A stretch of DNA of 64,000 nucleotides from an uncultured Solirubrobacteraceae bacterium (lineage in GTDB: Bacteria; Actinomycetota; Thermoleophilia; Solirubrobacterales; Solirubrobacteraceae). A program made the translations under genes and the position numbers. The DNA lies in NCBI GenBank assembly GCA_963759375.1, contig CAVWYY010000004.1:337844-401843 (forward strand), read 5' to 3'. Below, piece by piece: positions 17,827 to 28,837 of the stretch; within the stretch, counting starts at the first letter, position 1, and every line of letters begins with the position of its first letter. Under the pieces are notes generated by a model, which worked only from the letters and a program-made list of their open reading frames with translations, had not been told where the DNA came from and made no database searches.

Positions 17827-18931
17827 GCACCGTGGCGACCCGGCGGCCGCCCTGCACCAGATGCAGGACGTTGAACCGCTCGCACAGCTCGCCGGCCTTG
17901 GCGTGCCGCATCCACACGCGGTCGCCGATCCGCAGGCCCGCGGCGGCCGGGCCGCGCAGCGGCGTCTGCACCTCGCCGGCGCCCTCCTGGCGGTCGAGCC
18001 GCAGGCCGCGGGCGACGGGGCGGGGGAGCCGGTCGCGGCCCGCGGGGCCGGAGGCCGGGTAGCCGCCGCCGAGCACGGTGGCCACGCGCGCCGATGGACG
18101 CCGGACCACCGGCAGCGCGAAGAACGCGGCGGGCCGGGGCGTGAACGCGCGATACGTGTCGAACAGCGCGGGCGCGAACAGCCCCGATCCGGCCGCGACC
18201 TCGGTGACCAGCGCCTCCGACGCCGTGGCCTCGACCGAGCCGGTCCCGCCGCCGTTGACGAACCGCAGCGGCGCGACCGCGCGCACGGCCTGGACGACCG
18301 AGGCGCGGCGGGCCGCCAGCTCGCGCGCCGAGCCGCGCTGCATCCACCGCAGCGCCAGGCCGAGCAGCCGGTTCGCCGGGTCGTCGCCGATCCCGGCGAT
18401 CTGCGCCTCGTACATCATCAGCCCGTCGAGCACCAACCCGCGGGCGACGATCTCGCGCGCGAGCGCCGCCGCCTGCTCCGGCGTGCGCAGCGGCGAGCGC
18501 TTCGCGCCGATCCGCAGCGCGCCGCCCAGCGGCCACCAGCCGGCGTCCACGTCGATTGACACCCGGCGGCCGCGGTCGATCAGATCGAGGTGCTCACGGC
18601 TGTCGACCATCAGCGTCACCTTGTCGGTCGCCGCCGCCAGCGCCGCGCGGTCGACGGTCGGGTACGCCACCACCACGTCCTCGCGGTCCAGCCACAACGC
18701 TTCCCGCAGGGTGAACGCGAGGACGCCGGTCAGCCCGGCCTCGAGCGCCCGGTCGATCAGCGCCCGGCAGCGCACCGACTTCGATGCCAGCCGCACGCGC
18801 TTCCCGCCCGCGCGGCGCAGCAGATCGGCGGCGTTGGCATCGAACGCGTCGAGGTCGACCGCCGCGAACGGCGGGTCCAGATCGGCGGTCGCGGCGTCCA
18901 GGGCCTGCAGCACGACGTGCACGCTACTCAC
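17792..18931 (-). CDS. alanine-racemase-fold PLP enzyme (D-serine dehydratase/D-threonine aldolase-like)
   Basis: GTG start at 18931. RVRLASKSVRC carries the candidate PLP lysine. Family-like C-terminal beta domain. Confidence 0.6.
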   Translation of the reverse strand: MSSVHVVLQALDAATADLDPPFAAVDLDAFDANAADLLRRAGGKRVRLASKSVRCRALIDRALEAGLTGVLAFTLREALWLDREDVVVAYPTVDRAALAAATDKVTLMVDSREHLDLIDRGRRVSIDVDAGWWPLGGALRIGAKRSPLRTPEQAAALAREIVARGLVLDGLMMYEAQIAGIGDDPANRLLGLALRWMQRGSARELAARRASVVQAVRAVAPLRFVNGGGTGSVEATASEALVTEVAAGSGLFAPALFDTYRAFTPRPAAFFALPVVRRPSARVATVLGGGYPASGPAGRDRLPRPVARGLRLDRQEGAGEVQTPLRGPAAAGLRIGDRVWMRHAKAGELCERFNVLHLVQGGRRVATVPTYRGEGRAFL

Positions 18932-18952
18932 CGCCGTGACCTTCGCTAGAGT

Positions 18953-19114
18953 GCCGCGCTTCGCAGGGAAACAACGCCGAGTCCCGGGTGGCCATGTCGC
19001 CCGGGAGCGGGGGAACCAATGGGTCGTAGGTCACGGCCCGGGGGCGAATCGCCGCCATCGAGCGGCGTAGCGCGACTCTTTCAGCGCGAGCCCGACAGCT
19101 AACCCCGTAGGCGG
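18953..19114 (+). promoter_or_regulatory. cyclic-di-AMP riboswitch (ydaO/yuaA class)
   Basis: Conserved blocks GGAGCGGGGGAACCAA, CCCGGGGGCGAAUCG and GAGCCCGACAGCUAACCCCGUAGGCG, lying 24 nt upstream of the NlpC/P60 gene. Candidate -10 TAGAGT at 18947-18952. Confidence 0.8.
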
Positions 19115-19137
19115 ATGAAAGAAAGGAACCATCCGTC

Positions 19138-19908
19138 GTGCCCAGTCGTCGTTCGCTAGCCGTAGGCGTGGCCGCCTTCGGTCTCGTGCTGCCCGTCACC
19201 GCGTCGGCGGAGGCCAAGCGGTATGCATTCGGTGAGCGCTCTCTGCGCGAGGGCGTCCGGGGATCGGACGTGCGCACGCTCCAGCGCAACCTCACCTCGG
19301 TCGGCCTGCGCACGGAGGTCGACGGCCAGTACGGGCCGCACACGGCGCGCCGGGTCAAGTCGTGGGAGCGCCGCTCCGAGATCCCGCGCGTGAACGGCCG
19401 CATGTCGCGCCGCGAGCAGCGCAAGATCTCCTCGCAGGTGGAGCGCGGGATCCGCGTGTTCGAGCCCGCGCCGGAGACGACCGCCGCCCCGGCCGGCGAG
19501 AAGGCCACGCTCGGTGCGGACGGCCTCGCCGTGGCGCCCGCGTCAGCGCCGCCCGAGGTCCAGGGCGCCATCGAGGCCGCCAACCGGATCGTCGGCAAGC
19601 CGTACAAGTACGGCGGCGGCCACGGCCGCTGGGAGGACTCCGGCTACGACTGCTCGGGCGCGATGTCCTACGCCCTGCACGGCGCCGGCCTGCTCAACAC
19701 CCAGCTCGCGTCCGGCGACTTCATGTCGTGGGGCCGCCGCGGCAAGGGCTCGTGGATCACCGTCTACGCCAACAGCGGCCACGGGTTCCTCGTGATCGCC
19801 GGCCTGCGGTTCGACACCGGCTGGAACAACGCCGGCAAGGGCCCGCGCTGGAGCGAGCAGATGCGCCCGACGGACGGCTACACCGTCCGCCATCCCAAGA
19901 ACCTCTAG
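19138..19908 (+). CDS. peptidoglycan-binding domain + NlpC/P60 (C40) cell-wall hydrolase
   Basis: Signal peptide. PG_binding_1-like GSDVRTLQRNLTSVGLRTEVDGQYGPHTARRVKSWE. NlpC/P60 core GKPYKYGGGHG...GYDCSGAMSYAL. Confidence 0.85.
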   Translation: MPSRRSLAVGVAAFGLVLPVTASAEAKRYAFGERSLREGVRGSDVRTLQRNLTSVGLRTEVDGQYGPHTARRVKSWERRSEIPRVNGRMSRREQRKISSQVERGIRVFEPAPETTAAPAGEKATLGADGLAVAPASAPPEVQGAIEAANRIVGKPYKYGGGHGRWEDSGYDCSGAMSYALHGAGLLNTQLASGDFMSWGRRGKGSWITVYANSGHGFLVIAGLRFDTGWNNAGKGPRWSEQMRPTDGYTVRHPKNL

Positions 19909-19927
19909 GCGGCGAGCCGGTTCGGGA

Positions 19928-20146
19928 CTAGTACACGTCGCGGCGATCGTCCCGGACGGTGGTCCGGTCGACCGGCGCGCGCCGCGCCTGGGTGAGGAAG
20001 AACAGCGAGATCAGCAGGCCGACGATGCCGACCACCATCAGGATGATCCCGACGGTGGTGATCTCGAGCCCGGAGACGGTCGCGTCCACGGCGAAATAGA
20101 GGATCGCGCCGACCGCGATCAGGAAGAGTGAAGTCCCGATTCCCAT
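19928..20146 (-). CDS. small two-TM membrane protein (DUF6458-like)
   Basis: 72 aa with two hydrophobic helices and a basic C-tail. Confidence 0.6.
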   Translation of the reverse strand: MGIGTSLFLIAVGAILYFAVDATVSGLEITTVGIILMVVGIVGLLISLFFLTQARRAPVDRTTVRDDRRDVY

Positions 20147-20189
20147 GGCGTGGAGATCCCCATGCTACGCCTGCGCCAAACTAAGCGCC

Positions 20190-21347
20190 ATGGAGACCGC
20201 CGCCGCCGACACCTACGCCCTCACGGACGACCAGCTCGAGTTCCGCGACGCGATCCGCCAGATCGTCGCCGAGCGCGTGGCGCCGAGGGCCGCGGAGATC
20301 GACGCGAAGGCCGAGTACCCGTGGGACGTCCGGCGGCTGTTCGCCGAGCACGACCTGCTCGGCCTGCCGTTCGGCACCGAGTACGGCGGGACCGGCACCG
20401 GGACGCTGATGCTCAACGTGGCGGTCGAGGAGGTCGCCCGCGCGTGCGCGTCGAGCGCTCTGATCCTGATGATCCAGGAGCTCGGCACGCTGCCGATCCA
20501 GCTCTTCGGGACCGACGAGCTCAAGCAGCGCTTCCTGCCCCGCTGCGCCAGCGGCGAGTGGTCCCCGGCCTTCGCGCTCTCCGAGCCCGAGGCCGGCTCC
20601 GACCCGGGCGGCATGATCACCCGCGCCGTCCGCGACGGCGACGAGTGGCTGATCAACGGCACCAAGAACTGGATCACCAACCTCGGTGTGGCCGACTTCT
20701 ACGTCGTGTTCGCCAAGACCGACCTGGCCGCCGGCCGCTCCCGCGGCATCAGCGCGTTCGTCGTCGAGGCCGACCGCCCCGGCTTCTCCGTCGGCAAGCT
20801 CGAGCACAAGCTCGGCATCAAGGGCTCGCCGACCGGCCAGCCGATCTTCGAGGACGTGCGGGTGCCGGCCGAGAACCTGATCGGCGAGGTCGACCACGGG
20901 ATGCAGGTCGCGCTCGGCACGCTCGACCACTCGCGCCTCGGCGTCGCCGCCCAGGCCGTCGGCATCGCCCAGGGCGCGACCGACCACGCGGCGACCTACG
21001 CCCGCGAGCGCCGCCAGTTCGGGCAGCCGATCGGCGACTTCCAGGGCATCCAGTTCAAGCTCGCCGACATGGAGACGCGTACGGCCGCCGCCCGCGAGCT
21101 GCTCTACCGGGCCTGTGCGAAAATCGACCGTGGCGAGAGCGATGCCGGCAAGTACTCCGCGATGGCCAAGCTGTTCGCCTCCGACACGGCGATGGCGGTG
21201 ACGGTCGAGGCCGTGCAGGTGCTCGGCGGCTACGGCTACGTGAACGAGTATCCGGTGGAGCGCTACATGCGGGACGCGAAGATCACGCAGATCTACGAAG
21301 GCACGAACGAGATCCAGCGACTGGTGATCGCGAGGACGCTGCGCTGA
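20190..21347 (+). CDS. acyl-CoA dehydrogenase
   Basis: ATG at 20190. Motifs AFALSEPEAGSDPGGM, NGTKNWITN, QVLGGYGYVNEYPVERYMRDAKITQIYEGTNEIQ. Confidence 0.9.
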   Translation: METAAADTYALTDDQLEFRDAIRQIVAERVAPRAAEIDAKAEYPWDVRRLFAEHDLLGLPFGTEYGGTGTGTLMLNVAVEEVARACASSALILMIQELGTLPIQLFGTDELKQRFLPRCASGEWSPAFALSEPEAGSDPGGMITRAVRDGDEWLINGTKNWITNLGVADFYVVFAKTDLAAGRSRGISAFVVEADRPGFSVGKLEHKLGIKGSPTGQPIFEDVRVPAENLIGEVDHGMQVALGTLDHSRLGVAAQAVGIAQGATDHAATYARERRQFGQPIGDFQGIQFKLADMETRTAAARELLYRACAKIDRGESDAGKYSAMAKLFASDTAMAVTVEAVQVLGGYGYVNEYPVERYMRDAKITQIYEGTNEIQRLVIARTLR

Positions 21348-21978
21348 TGCTCTCCAACTTCCCAGCCGGCCGCCGGATCGCCATGTCGGCGCTGCTGACG
21401 TTCTGCTGCGCGATCCTGATCGTGACCCTGCTCGGCGGGCTCTCGGACATCTACGCGGTCAAGCTGATGCAGATCGCCGCCTGCATCCTCGCCTTCATCG
21501 TCGTGCTGGCGGGCGTGATCGCGACGATCACGGGCAGGCTCGCCGACTACAGCGAGCCCGCCGACGAGGAGGAGTTCGAGCAGCTCGTCCGCCGCTCGGA
21601 GCAGCTCGCGCGCGACAACCTCGCGGCCGAGCCCGACGAGTCCGACTTCCTCGAGCTCGACCCGCGCAACCCCCGCGACTTCGAGGAGCTCGTCCGCCAG
21701 GCGCTCGACGACCTGCCCGACCTGCTGCTGCGCTCGCTCGACCACGTGGCCGTCGTGATCTCCGACAAGGGCCGCAAGCACCGCGCCTACGGCCTCTACC
21801 AGGGCGACACGGCGGCGCGCGACAACTACCCGGACCGGATCGTCATCTTCCGCGACACGCTGCTGCGCGACTTCGGGCACGACCCCGACGAGCTGCGCGC
21901 GCAGGTCACGCGGACCGTCCGCCACGAGCTCGCCCACCACCTGGGCGCAGACGAACTCGGGGTGCGTGAGCTCGGCCT

Positions 21979-21982
<4 letters not shown>
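21347..21982 (+). CDS. membrane-anchored zinc metallopeptidase-like protein (DUF1025/minigluzincin-type, HExxH)
   Basis: ATGA overlap with the upstream gene. Two N-terminal TM segments. C-terminal VRHELAHHLG motif. Confidence 0.6.
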
Positions 21983-23001
<1,019 letters not shown>

Positions 23002-23936
23002 CGGCGGGCGGTGAGGTTGGCGCCGATCAGCGCCGCCACGGCCAGCGCGGCGCCGCCGAGCTCGGCGGCGTCCGGGTGGTAGCCGCGGACGATCGCGATC
23101 ACGAACGCCACGACCGGCACGAGGTTCATGTACAGCGCCGCGTTCGGCGCGCCGAGCAGCCGGACGCCGATGTTCCAGCACAGCACCGCCGCCAGCGCGC
23201 CGACGATCACTACGTACGCGAGCTGCCACCAGATCGCGCCGACGTCGCTGGCCGTCGGAGCGGTCAGCCAGCCGGCGAGCGTCGCGAACTCGGTCACGAC
23301 CAACACGGTGATCGTGCCGCCGGTGGCGCTCAGCGCGGTGTAGCGCAGCGACGAGTAGTCGGTGAAGCGGCGGGCGCCGAGCGTGTAGACCACGAAGCTC
23401 ACGGTGCCGATGAACACCAGCAGGTCGCCGCCGTTGACGCCGCCATTGAACAGCGCCACCGGGTCGCCGCGGCCGATCACGACCAGCACGCCGAACAGCG
23501 CGAGGAAGACGAAGCCGAGCGTCGTGCGCGGCGGCGCCTTGCGGGCCATCGCCGAGGTGGCGAGCAGCGTGATCAGCGGGCTGGTGGCGACGATCAGCGC
23601 GGCGTGCTCGGGCGTGGTGTGCTCGAGGCCCGCGAACGCGAACAGGTTGAACCCGGCGATGCCGGCCGAGCCGAGCAGGAACAGCTCCAGGCCGCGGCCC
23701 TGAAGCCGCAGCGCCCGCCGGCCCTCGATCGCCCACAGCAGGGCGATGAAGCCGATCGCCGCGAGGATGTAGCGGATCGCGGTCAGGTGGAACGGGTCGA
23801 CATGCTTGATCGCCGAGTCCGCGATCGGGAACATGGCGCCCCAGCCGAAGGCCGGTACGAGGCTGGGAAGAAATTTCGACGAGCCTCGAAACACGGCGCC
23901 GAACGGTAGCACGATTGCTACGATGACCATCGAACT

Positions 23937-24254
23937 ATGTCTGCTGTAACACAGCCCACCAGCGACGAGATGCAGCTCGCGACCGTGATGGCCGCGCTGA
24001 GCGACCCCGTGCGCGTGACCATCGTGCGCACGCTGGCCGCGCAGGGCGAGTTCGCGTGCGGCACGCTCGATCTCGGCGTCTCGCCCGCCACGCGCTCGCA
24101 CCACTTCCGCGTGCTGCGCGAGGCCGGCATCACGCACACGCGCCCCTCGGGCACGCATCGCTACGTCTCGCTGCGCCGCGAGGAGCTCGACGAGCGCTTC
24201 CCGGGCCTGCTCGACGCGGTGCTGACCGCCGCCGAGCGCGAGGCGTCCCGCTAG
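23937..24254 (+). CDS. ArsR/SmtB-family transcriptional regulator
   Basis: ALSDPVRVTIVRTLA...SHHFRVLREAGI winged-helix signature. Its start lies 6 nt from the divergent EamA start. Confidence 0.85.
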   Translation: MSAVTQPTSDEMQLATVMAALSDPVRVTIVRTLAAQGEFACGTLDLGVSPATRSHHFRVLREAGITHTRPSGTHRYVSLRREELDERFPGLLDAVLTAAEREASR

Positions 24255-25192
24255 TCGAGCGAGCCGATCCGCTCGACCAGCAGGTCGATGAACGTGTCGC
24301 CGCGCACCTCGGTGGCGACGTGCGCATTGACGGGCCGCGCGGTGACGTTCCAGACGTCCGCGACGGTCCGGCCGCGGCACAGCTCCGAGCCGCACTCGAC
24401 CTCGACGTTGCACAGGACCGTCGTCACCAGGTCGCCGCGGATCACGTGGGCGACGGCGAGCGCGTCGTGCACCGGCGAGCCGGGCATGTCGTAGACGCGC
24501 GAGTGGAACCGGTTGTAGAACGCGAACAGCTCGGCGACGACGGTGCCGACCGGGCCGCGCTCGCGCAGCGTGTCGGCGTGCGCCGGCGTCATCAGCGCGC
24601 GGTGCGTGACGTCGAGCCCGACCATCGTCGTGTCGAGGCCGGACGCGAACACGCGGACGGCGGCCTCGGGGTCGGCCCAGATGTTGAACTCGGCCGCGGG
24701 CGTGATGTTGCCCTCGGCGATCGCGCCGCCCATGAGGACGATCCGCTCGACGTTGTCGGTCACGCCCGGGTGGCGGGCGAGCAGCAGCGCGATGTTCGTG
24801 AGCGGGCCGGTGGGGATGAGCGTGACCGGCCGGCTGCTGGCCGCGATCCGCTCGGCCAGGAAGTCGATCGCGTGGGCGTCGACCGGGGCGGCGGTCGGAT
24901 CCGGCAGGTCGGGCCCGTCGAGCCCGGTGGCGCCGTGCACGTGGTCGGCGACCCGCGGTTCGCGCAGCAACGGCCGGTCGGCGCCCGCGGCGACGTCGAT
25001 GTCGGTGCGCCCGGCGAGCTCGAGGATCTTCAGGGCATTGACGGTCGTGTTCGCGAGCGTCGTGTTCCCGTGGACGGTGGTGACGCCGAGCAGCTCGAGC
25101 TCCGGGCTGGCGAGCGCGAGCAGCAGCGCCATGGCGTCGTCATGGCCCGGGTCGCAGTCGATGATGATCGGGACGCCCACCGCGGGCGCCAA
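24251..25192 (-). CDS. nucleoside hydrolase (IU-NH family)
   Basis: N-terminal IIIDCDPGHDDAMAL aspartate cluster. Start is TTG at 25192 or, more likely, GTG at 25180. Confidence 0.85.
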   Translation of the reverse strand: MAPAVGVPIIIDCDPGHDDAMALLLALASPELELLGVTTVHGNTTLANTTVNALKILELAGRTDIDVAAGADRPLLREPRVADHVHGATGLDGPDLPDPTAAPVDAHAIDFLAERIAASSRPVTLIPTGPLTNIALLLARHPGVTDNVERIVLMGGAIAEGNITPAAEFNIWADPEAAVRVFASGLDTTMVGLDVTHRALMTPAHADTLRERGPVGTVVAELFAFYNRFHSRVYDMPGSPVHDALAVAHVIRGDLVTTVLCNVEVECGSELCRGRTVADVWNVTARPVNAHVATEVRGDTFIDLLVERIGSLD

Positions 25193-25715
25193 CTATAGGG
25201 AGAGCCACGCGCCGCAGAGCGACCAGCGCGCCGGCCCCGAGCGCCGCCGCGAGGATCGCGATCAGCGCCCACGGGGTCCCGCCCCCGGTGTCGGCCGCAG
25301 CCGGCGCGGCGGGCGCGGGCGCCGGCTCGTCGGGGAGGCCGATGGTCGAGCCCGGGAACGGCTCGAAGCGGGCGGTCACGCGCTCGATCGCGGCCTTCGA
25401 GCGCGACGACAGCTGCATCCACGAGCCGTCCTCCGCCACCAGCATCCGCACCGACGGCACCCACCACGACGTGAACTGGCCGACCGGCGTGCCGTCCGGC
25501 TCGGCGATGGTGGCCCGCAGGCTGATGACGCCGCCGGCGGGATTGGGCGGGACGGTCGGCGGCCCGCCGTTCATCAGCGCCTGCAGCACGGCGGGGTCGC
25601 GCGTGGTCGCGCACTCGTCGACCCCGCAGACGCGCGCCTTCGTGATCTCCTTGGCCTGCGCCGCGGGCGCGGCGATGAGGGCGACGGCGAGTGCGATGAG
25701 GGCGGCGGTGCGCAT
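25140..25715 (-). CDS. secreted, C-terminally anchored hypothetical protein
   Basis: ATG at 25715. Signal peptide MRTAALIALAVALIAAPAAQA and C-terminal TM WALIAILAAALGAGALVAL. The low-GC3 tail overlaps the next gene. Confidence 0.55.
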   Translation of the reverse strand: MRTAALIALAVALIAAPAAQAKEITKARVCGVDECATTRDPAVLQALMNGGPPTVPPNPAGGVISLRATIAEPDGTPVGQFTSWWVPSVRMLVAEDGSWMQLSSRSKAAIERVTARFEPFPGSTIGLPDEPAPAPAAPAAADTGGGTPWALIAILAAALGAGALVALRRVALPIVGARGGRPDHHRLRPGP

Positions 25716-25756
25716 ACCCGTCCTACACCCGGAGGCCGCGCGAGGTTCCCGCCATA

Positions 25757-26200
25757 GTGTCTGGCGTGCACGACATCGAGACACGGGCCGACTGCGAGCG
25801 CCTGGTGCGCGCGTTCTACGGCCGCGCGCTCGAGGATCCGGTCATCGGTTACCTGTTCACCGACGTCGCGAAGCTCGACCTCGAGGCGCACGTGCCGCGG
25901 ATCACGTCGTTCTGGGAGACCGTCCTGCTCGGCGCGCGGTCCTACGGCGGCGGCGCGTTCCGCCCGCACGCGGCGCTGCACATGAAGGCGCCGCTGCGGC
26001 GCGCGCACTTCGAGCAGTGGCTGCGGCTCTGGGTCCGGACGGTCGACGAGCTGTTCGCGGGCGAGCGCGCCGACCTGGCGAAGGCCCACGCGCAGCGCGT
26101 CGCCGGCGCGTTCTACGGCCGCGTGCAGACGCTGCCGTCACCCGGCGACGCGTCGCCGGCCGGCCTCACGATCACGCATCACGGACCGACCACGGGGTGA
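25757..26200 (+). CDS. group III truncated hemoglobin
   Basis: Pattern LVRAFYGRALEDPVIGYLF...HVPRITSFWETVLLG...Y.G..F.PHAALH...FEQWLRLW typical of trHb group III. Confidence 0.7.
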   Translation: MSGVHDIETRADCERLVRAFYGRALEDPVIGYLFTDVAKLDLEAHVPRITSFWETVLLGARSYGGGAFRPHAALHMKAPLRRAHFEQWLRLWVRTVDELFAGERADLAKAHAQRVAGAFYGRVQTLPSPGDASPAGLTITHHGPTTG

Positions 26201-27026
26201 CGGCGCGGCCGAGCGCGTCGCCGCCGATCACCAGGTCGACCCGCTCGCTGAAGAACGCCACGAGGCCGGCGATCTCGCTCACGCGCCGCGACGGCGTCAC
26301 GTAGGTCCACGCGACGTCCTCGTGGGTCGCGCCGTCGATCTCCACGGACCAGTACGTGGCCTCGCCCTTGTGGCCGCACTGCGTGCGCGTCGGGCTCGGC
26401 AGCAGGTCGACCAGCACGTCCTCGCGCGGCACGTACGCGCGCATGGGGAGCAGCACTCCCTCGTAGAGCAGCCGCGCCCGGCGGCTCTCGGCGAGCACGA
26501 CCCCGTCGAGCTCGACGCGGACGTCGCGGGAGCTGGGGAGGATCGTGATGCTGTGGTACGGATCGCGGGCGTGGACGCGGACGCGCTCGTTCTCCTCGAG
26601 CCAGCCGTCGAATCCGTCGAAGTCGAGGATCGCGTAGCCGTCGAGGTCCGGGTCGTCCGGCAGGAAGGCGACGTGGGTGCGGTGCGTGCCGTTCCAGACG
26701 AGGCCGGCCGGGCGCCCGTCCGCCGTATGGACCGCGAAGGGGATGGACGGGTCGAGCACCGGCAGGCCCTGCAGTGCCGGATCGCTGATCACGAAGCCCA
26801 CCTCCGGGTCGCCGCTGACCGGAGCCTCCGGCAGCAGCTCGCCGAGGATGTCCGCGACCGGCACGGCGTACGACGGCACCAGCCGCCGCGGCTCGTAGAC
26901 CAGCAGCGCGCGGGCGCTGTCCACCACCACGTCGTCGCCGATCAGCGCGCGGATCCGCCGCTGGGTGTGCTCGTGGCGCATCTCGCCGATCCGCGCCATC
27001 AGCTCGTCGAGCAGCCTCGCGCTCAT
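26172..27026 (-). CDS. DUF427 domain-containing protein (tandem DUF427)
   Basis: ATG at 27026 preceded by GAGGAGGG. C-terminal CGHKGEATYWSVEIDGATHEDVAWTYVTP...AFFSERVD is DUF427-like. Confidence 0.7.
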   Translation of the reverse strand: MSARLLDELMARIGEMRHEHTQRRIRALIGDDVVVDSARALLVYEPRRLVPSYAVPVADILGELLPEAPVSGDPEVGFVISDPALQGLPVLDPSIPFAVHTADGRPAGLVWNGTHRTHVAFLPDDPDLDGYAILDFDGFDGWLEENERVRVHARDPYHSITILPSSRDVRVELDGVVLAESRRARLLYEGVLLPMRAYVPREDVLVDLLPSPTRTQCGHKGEATYWSVEIDGATHEDVAWTYVTPSRRVSEIAGLVAFFSERVDLVIGGDALGRAVTPWSVRDA

Positions 27027-27129
27027 CGTCTTCCCTCCTCGTTCGGCCTCATTGACGAGGTAGACCGGGACGGGCGGCCGCGTATTCCCTCCGCCGGTTG
27101 ACGGGTGCGTCACCCGCGCGTACGGTCGC

Positions 27130-27357
27130 ATGATCGTGAGATGGGACTGGAGGAAGTGGCCGCCGGTGATGCAGCGGACGCTCGCGGACGACATCAAGTG
27201 GGCGTTGTTCGTGTTCACGGGCGCGATCCTCGCCTACCTCGTCTTCGCCGACGGCGACGCCTCGCTCCTGCTTGGTGCCTTCCTCGGGCTCGTCCTCGTG
27301 GTCGTCGTGTTGAACGTCGTCCGTGGCGTACGCCGCCGGCGCACTCGCCTCGGCTGA
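27130..27357 (+). CDS. small membrane protein, hypothetical
   Basis: 75 aa with two hydrophobic helices and high GC3. Confidence 0.5.
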   Translation: MIVRWDWRKWPPVMQRTLADDIKWALFVFTGAILAYLVFADGDASLLLGAFLGLVLVVVVLNVVRGVRRRRTRLG

Positions 27358-28189
27358 GGCGCACGTCGCGGCCGTCCGCGACGATCCAGCGGCGCGGCTC
27401 GCGTTGATGGAGGAGCTGTTCCGTGGGCCGACGGGCAGCGCGCCGCGACACGTGCCGTTCCGCCGGGCGGCGCTGTCGTTCATGCGCTGGCAGGCGCAGC
27501 GCGGCGTGCTCAACGCGCTCGACGCATCGCCGCCGGGCAGCGTGTGGTGGCGGGCGATGAACGATCGGCTGCTGCGCGACGGATGCGAAGCCGTCTCCCT
27601 GCTCGGCACGTCGCCCGGCGAGGCGTCCTCGCAGGCCGTGAACCTGTGGCTGGAGTTCAGCGCGAGGCCGACGGGGCGCAACTGGTACCGGGCGCACAAC
27701 GCGAGCATCGTCGGCGGCTACCTCGAGCATCGCGAGCTCGCCGAGACGGAGAACGCGCCGGAGCGCTTCTTCATGAACGTCGCGCTGACGCGCGTGCTGT
27801 ACGCGCACGCGCTCGTCGGTGCGCCGCGCCTGGCCCTGGGCCGGCTGGCCTGGCTCGGCGTGGTCGGCGACCCCCGGCTGGGCATGGCCGGGGTGTTCCT
27901 CTCGCTCCGCCGCGTGCTGCCGGACCGCTATCCGCTCACGCTCGACGTGGAGCGCTACATCGCCGACGAGCAGCGCCTTGCCCGGGTGCTCGACTACGCG
28001 GTGATCGTGCCGCGTCTGCAGCGCCTGTACGAGTGGTCGGCGCAGGACCTCGGCGAGCCACGCCTGCTGGAGCTGATCCGCGACGGCAACCCGGTCTATG
28101 CGTGGCCGTACGAGCAGCGACACGTCTGGCACACGCCGGGCATGCCACCCGCGGCCGGGGTGATCGATCGGGTGACACGCGCTCGCTGA
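27323..28189 (+). CDS. conserved hypothetical protein (start uncertain)
   Basis: High GC3 throughout with non-junk composition (WWRAMNDRLLRDGCEAV...NWYRAHNASIVGGYLEH). No family recognised. Confidence 0.55.
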   Translation: MAYAAGALASAEAHVAAVRDDPAARLALMEELFRGPTGSAPRHVPFRRAALSFMRWQAQRGVLNALDASPPGSVWWRAMNDRLLRDGCEAVSLLGTSPGEASSQAVNLWLEFSARPTGRNWYRAHNASIVGGYLEHRELAETENAPERFFMNVALTRVLYAHALVGAPRLALGRLAWLGVVGDPRLGMAGVFLSLRRVLPDRYPLTLDVERYIADEQRLARVLDYAVIVPRLQRLYEWSAQDLGEPRLLELIRDGNPVYAWPYEQRHVWHTPGMPPAAGVIDRVTRAR

Positions 28190-28195
28190 GGTCGG

Positions 28196-28837
28196 TCACG
28201 TGGCAGGCTCGCCGGTGTAGGCGTCCGCGGTGCGCGCCGCCGCGGCGCGCGCGTCCTCGGGGTCAGCCCCCGCCGCGATGTCCGCTTCCGCCCAGCGCTC
28301 GCTGGACAGCCGCAGGAACCGCCGTCCGTCCTCGGACGCCTGCCAGGCCTCGACCTCCGCGCGGTCGGGCTGCTCGCGGCCCCCGGCGAGGTGCAACGTC
28401 AGGCCCAGCACGCCCCCGTCCCACCCGATGCCCACCGCGCTCGGCCCGAACTGGACCCAGCGTTCGTCGCCCACGCGCGCGATGTGCTCGAGCGCGAACC
28501 GCGTGCGCCCGTCGGGCTCGGGCGTGAGCCGCAGCTCGATCCACGTGATCTCGCCGCCGTACTCCCAGGTCGCGTCCACGCTGTGGGGCGGTTCGCAGCG
28601 CTCGATCGTCCCGGACGCGTTGCCCTTGAGCTCGTAGCGGCCGCCCTCGCGCAGGTCCCCGGAGATCGGCAGGAACCAGCGCGAGATGCGCTCGGGGTCG
28701 GTGCACGCGTCCCAGAGATCCTCGGGCGGCGTGTCGTACACGCGCGAGACCGTGATCGTGCGCGCCTCGCCGGCCGCCAGCGTCCGCTGGCCGACCGTGC
28801 GCTCGACGCTGCTGATCTCATGGGTGACGTCGATCAT
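28196..28837 (-). CDS. SRPBCC-superfamily (AHSA1/Aha1-like) protein
   Basis: ATG at 28837. ITVSRVYDTPPEDLWDACTDPERISRWF pattern. 4-nt overlap with the upstream ArsR gene, a common gene pair. Confidence 0.75.
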   Translation of the reverse strand: MIDVTHEISSVERTVGQRTLAAGEARTITVSRVYDTPPEDLWDACTDPERISRWFLPISGDLREGGRYELKGNASGTIERCEPPHSVDATWEYGGEITWIELRLTPEPDGRTRFALEHIARVGDERWVQFGPSAVGIGWDGGVLGLTLHLAGGREQPDRAEVEAWQASEDGRRFLRLSSERWAEADIAAGADPEDARAAAARTADAYTGEPAT

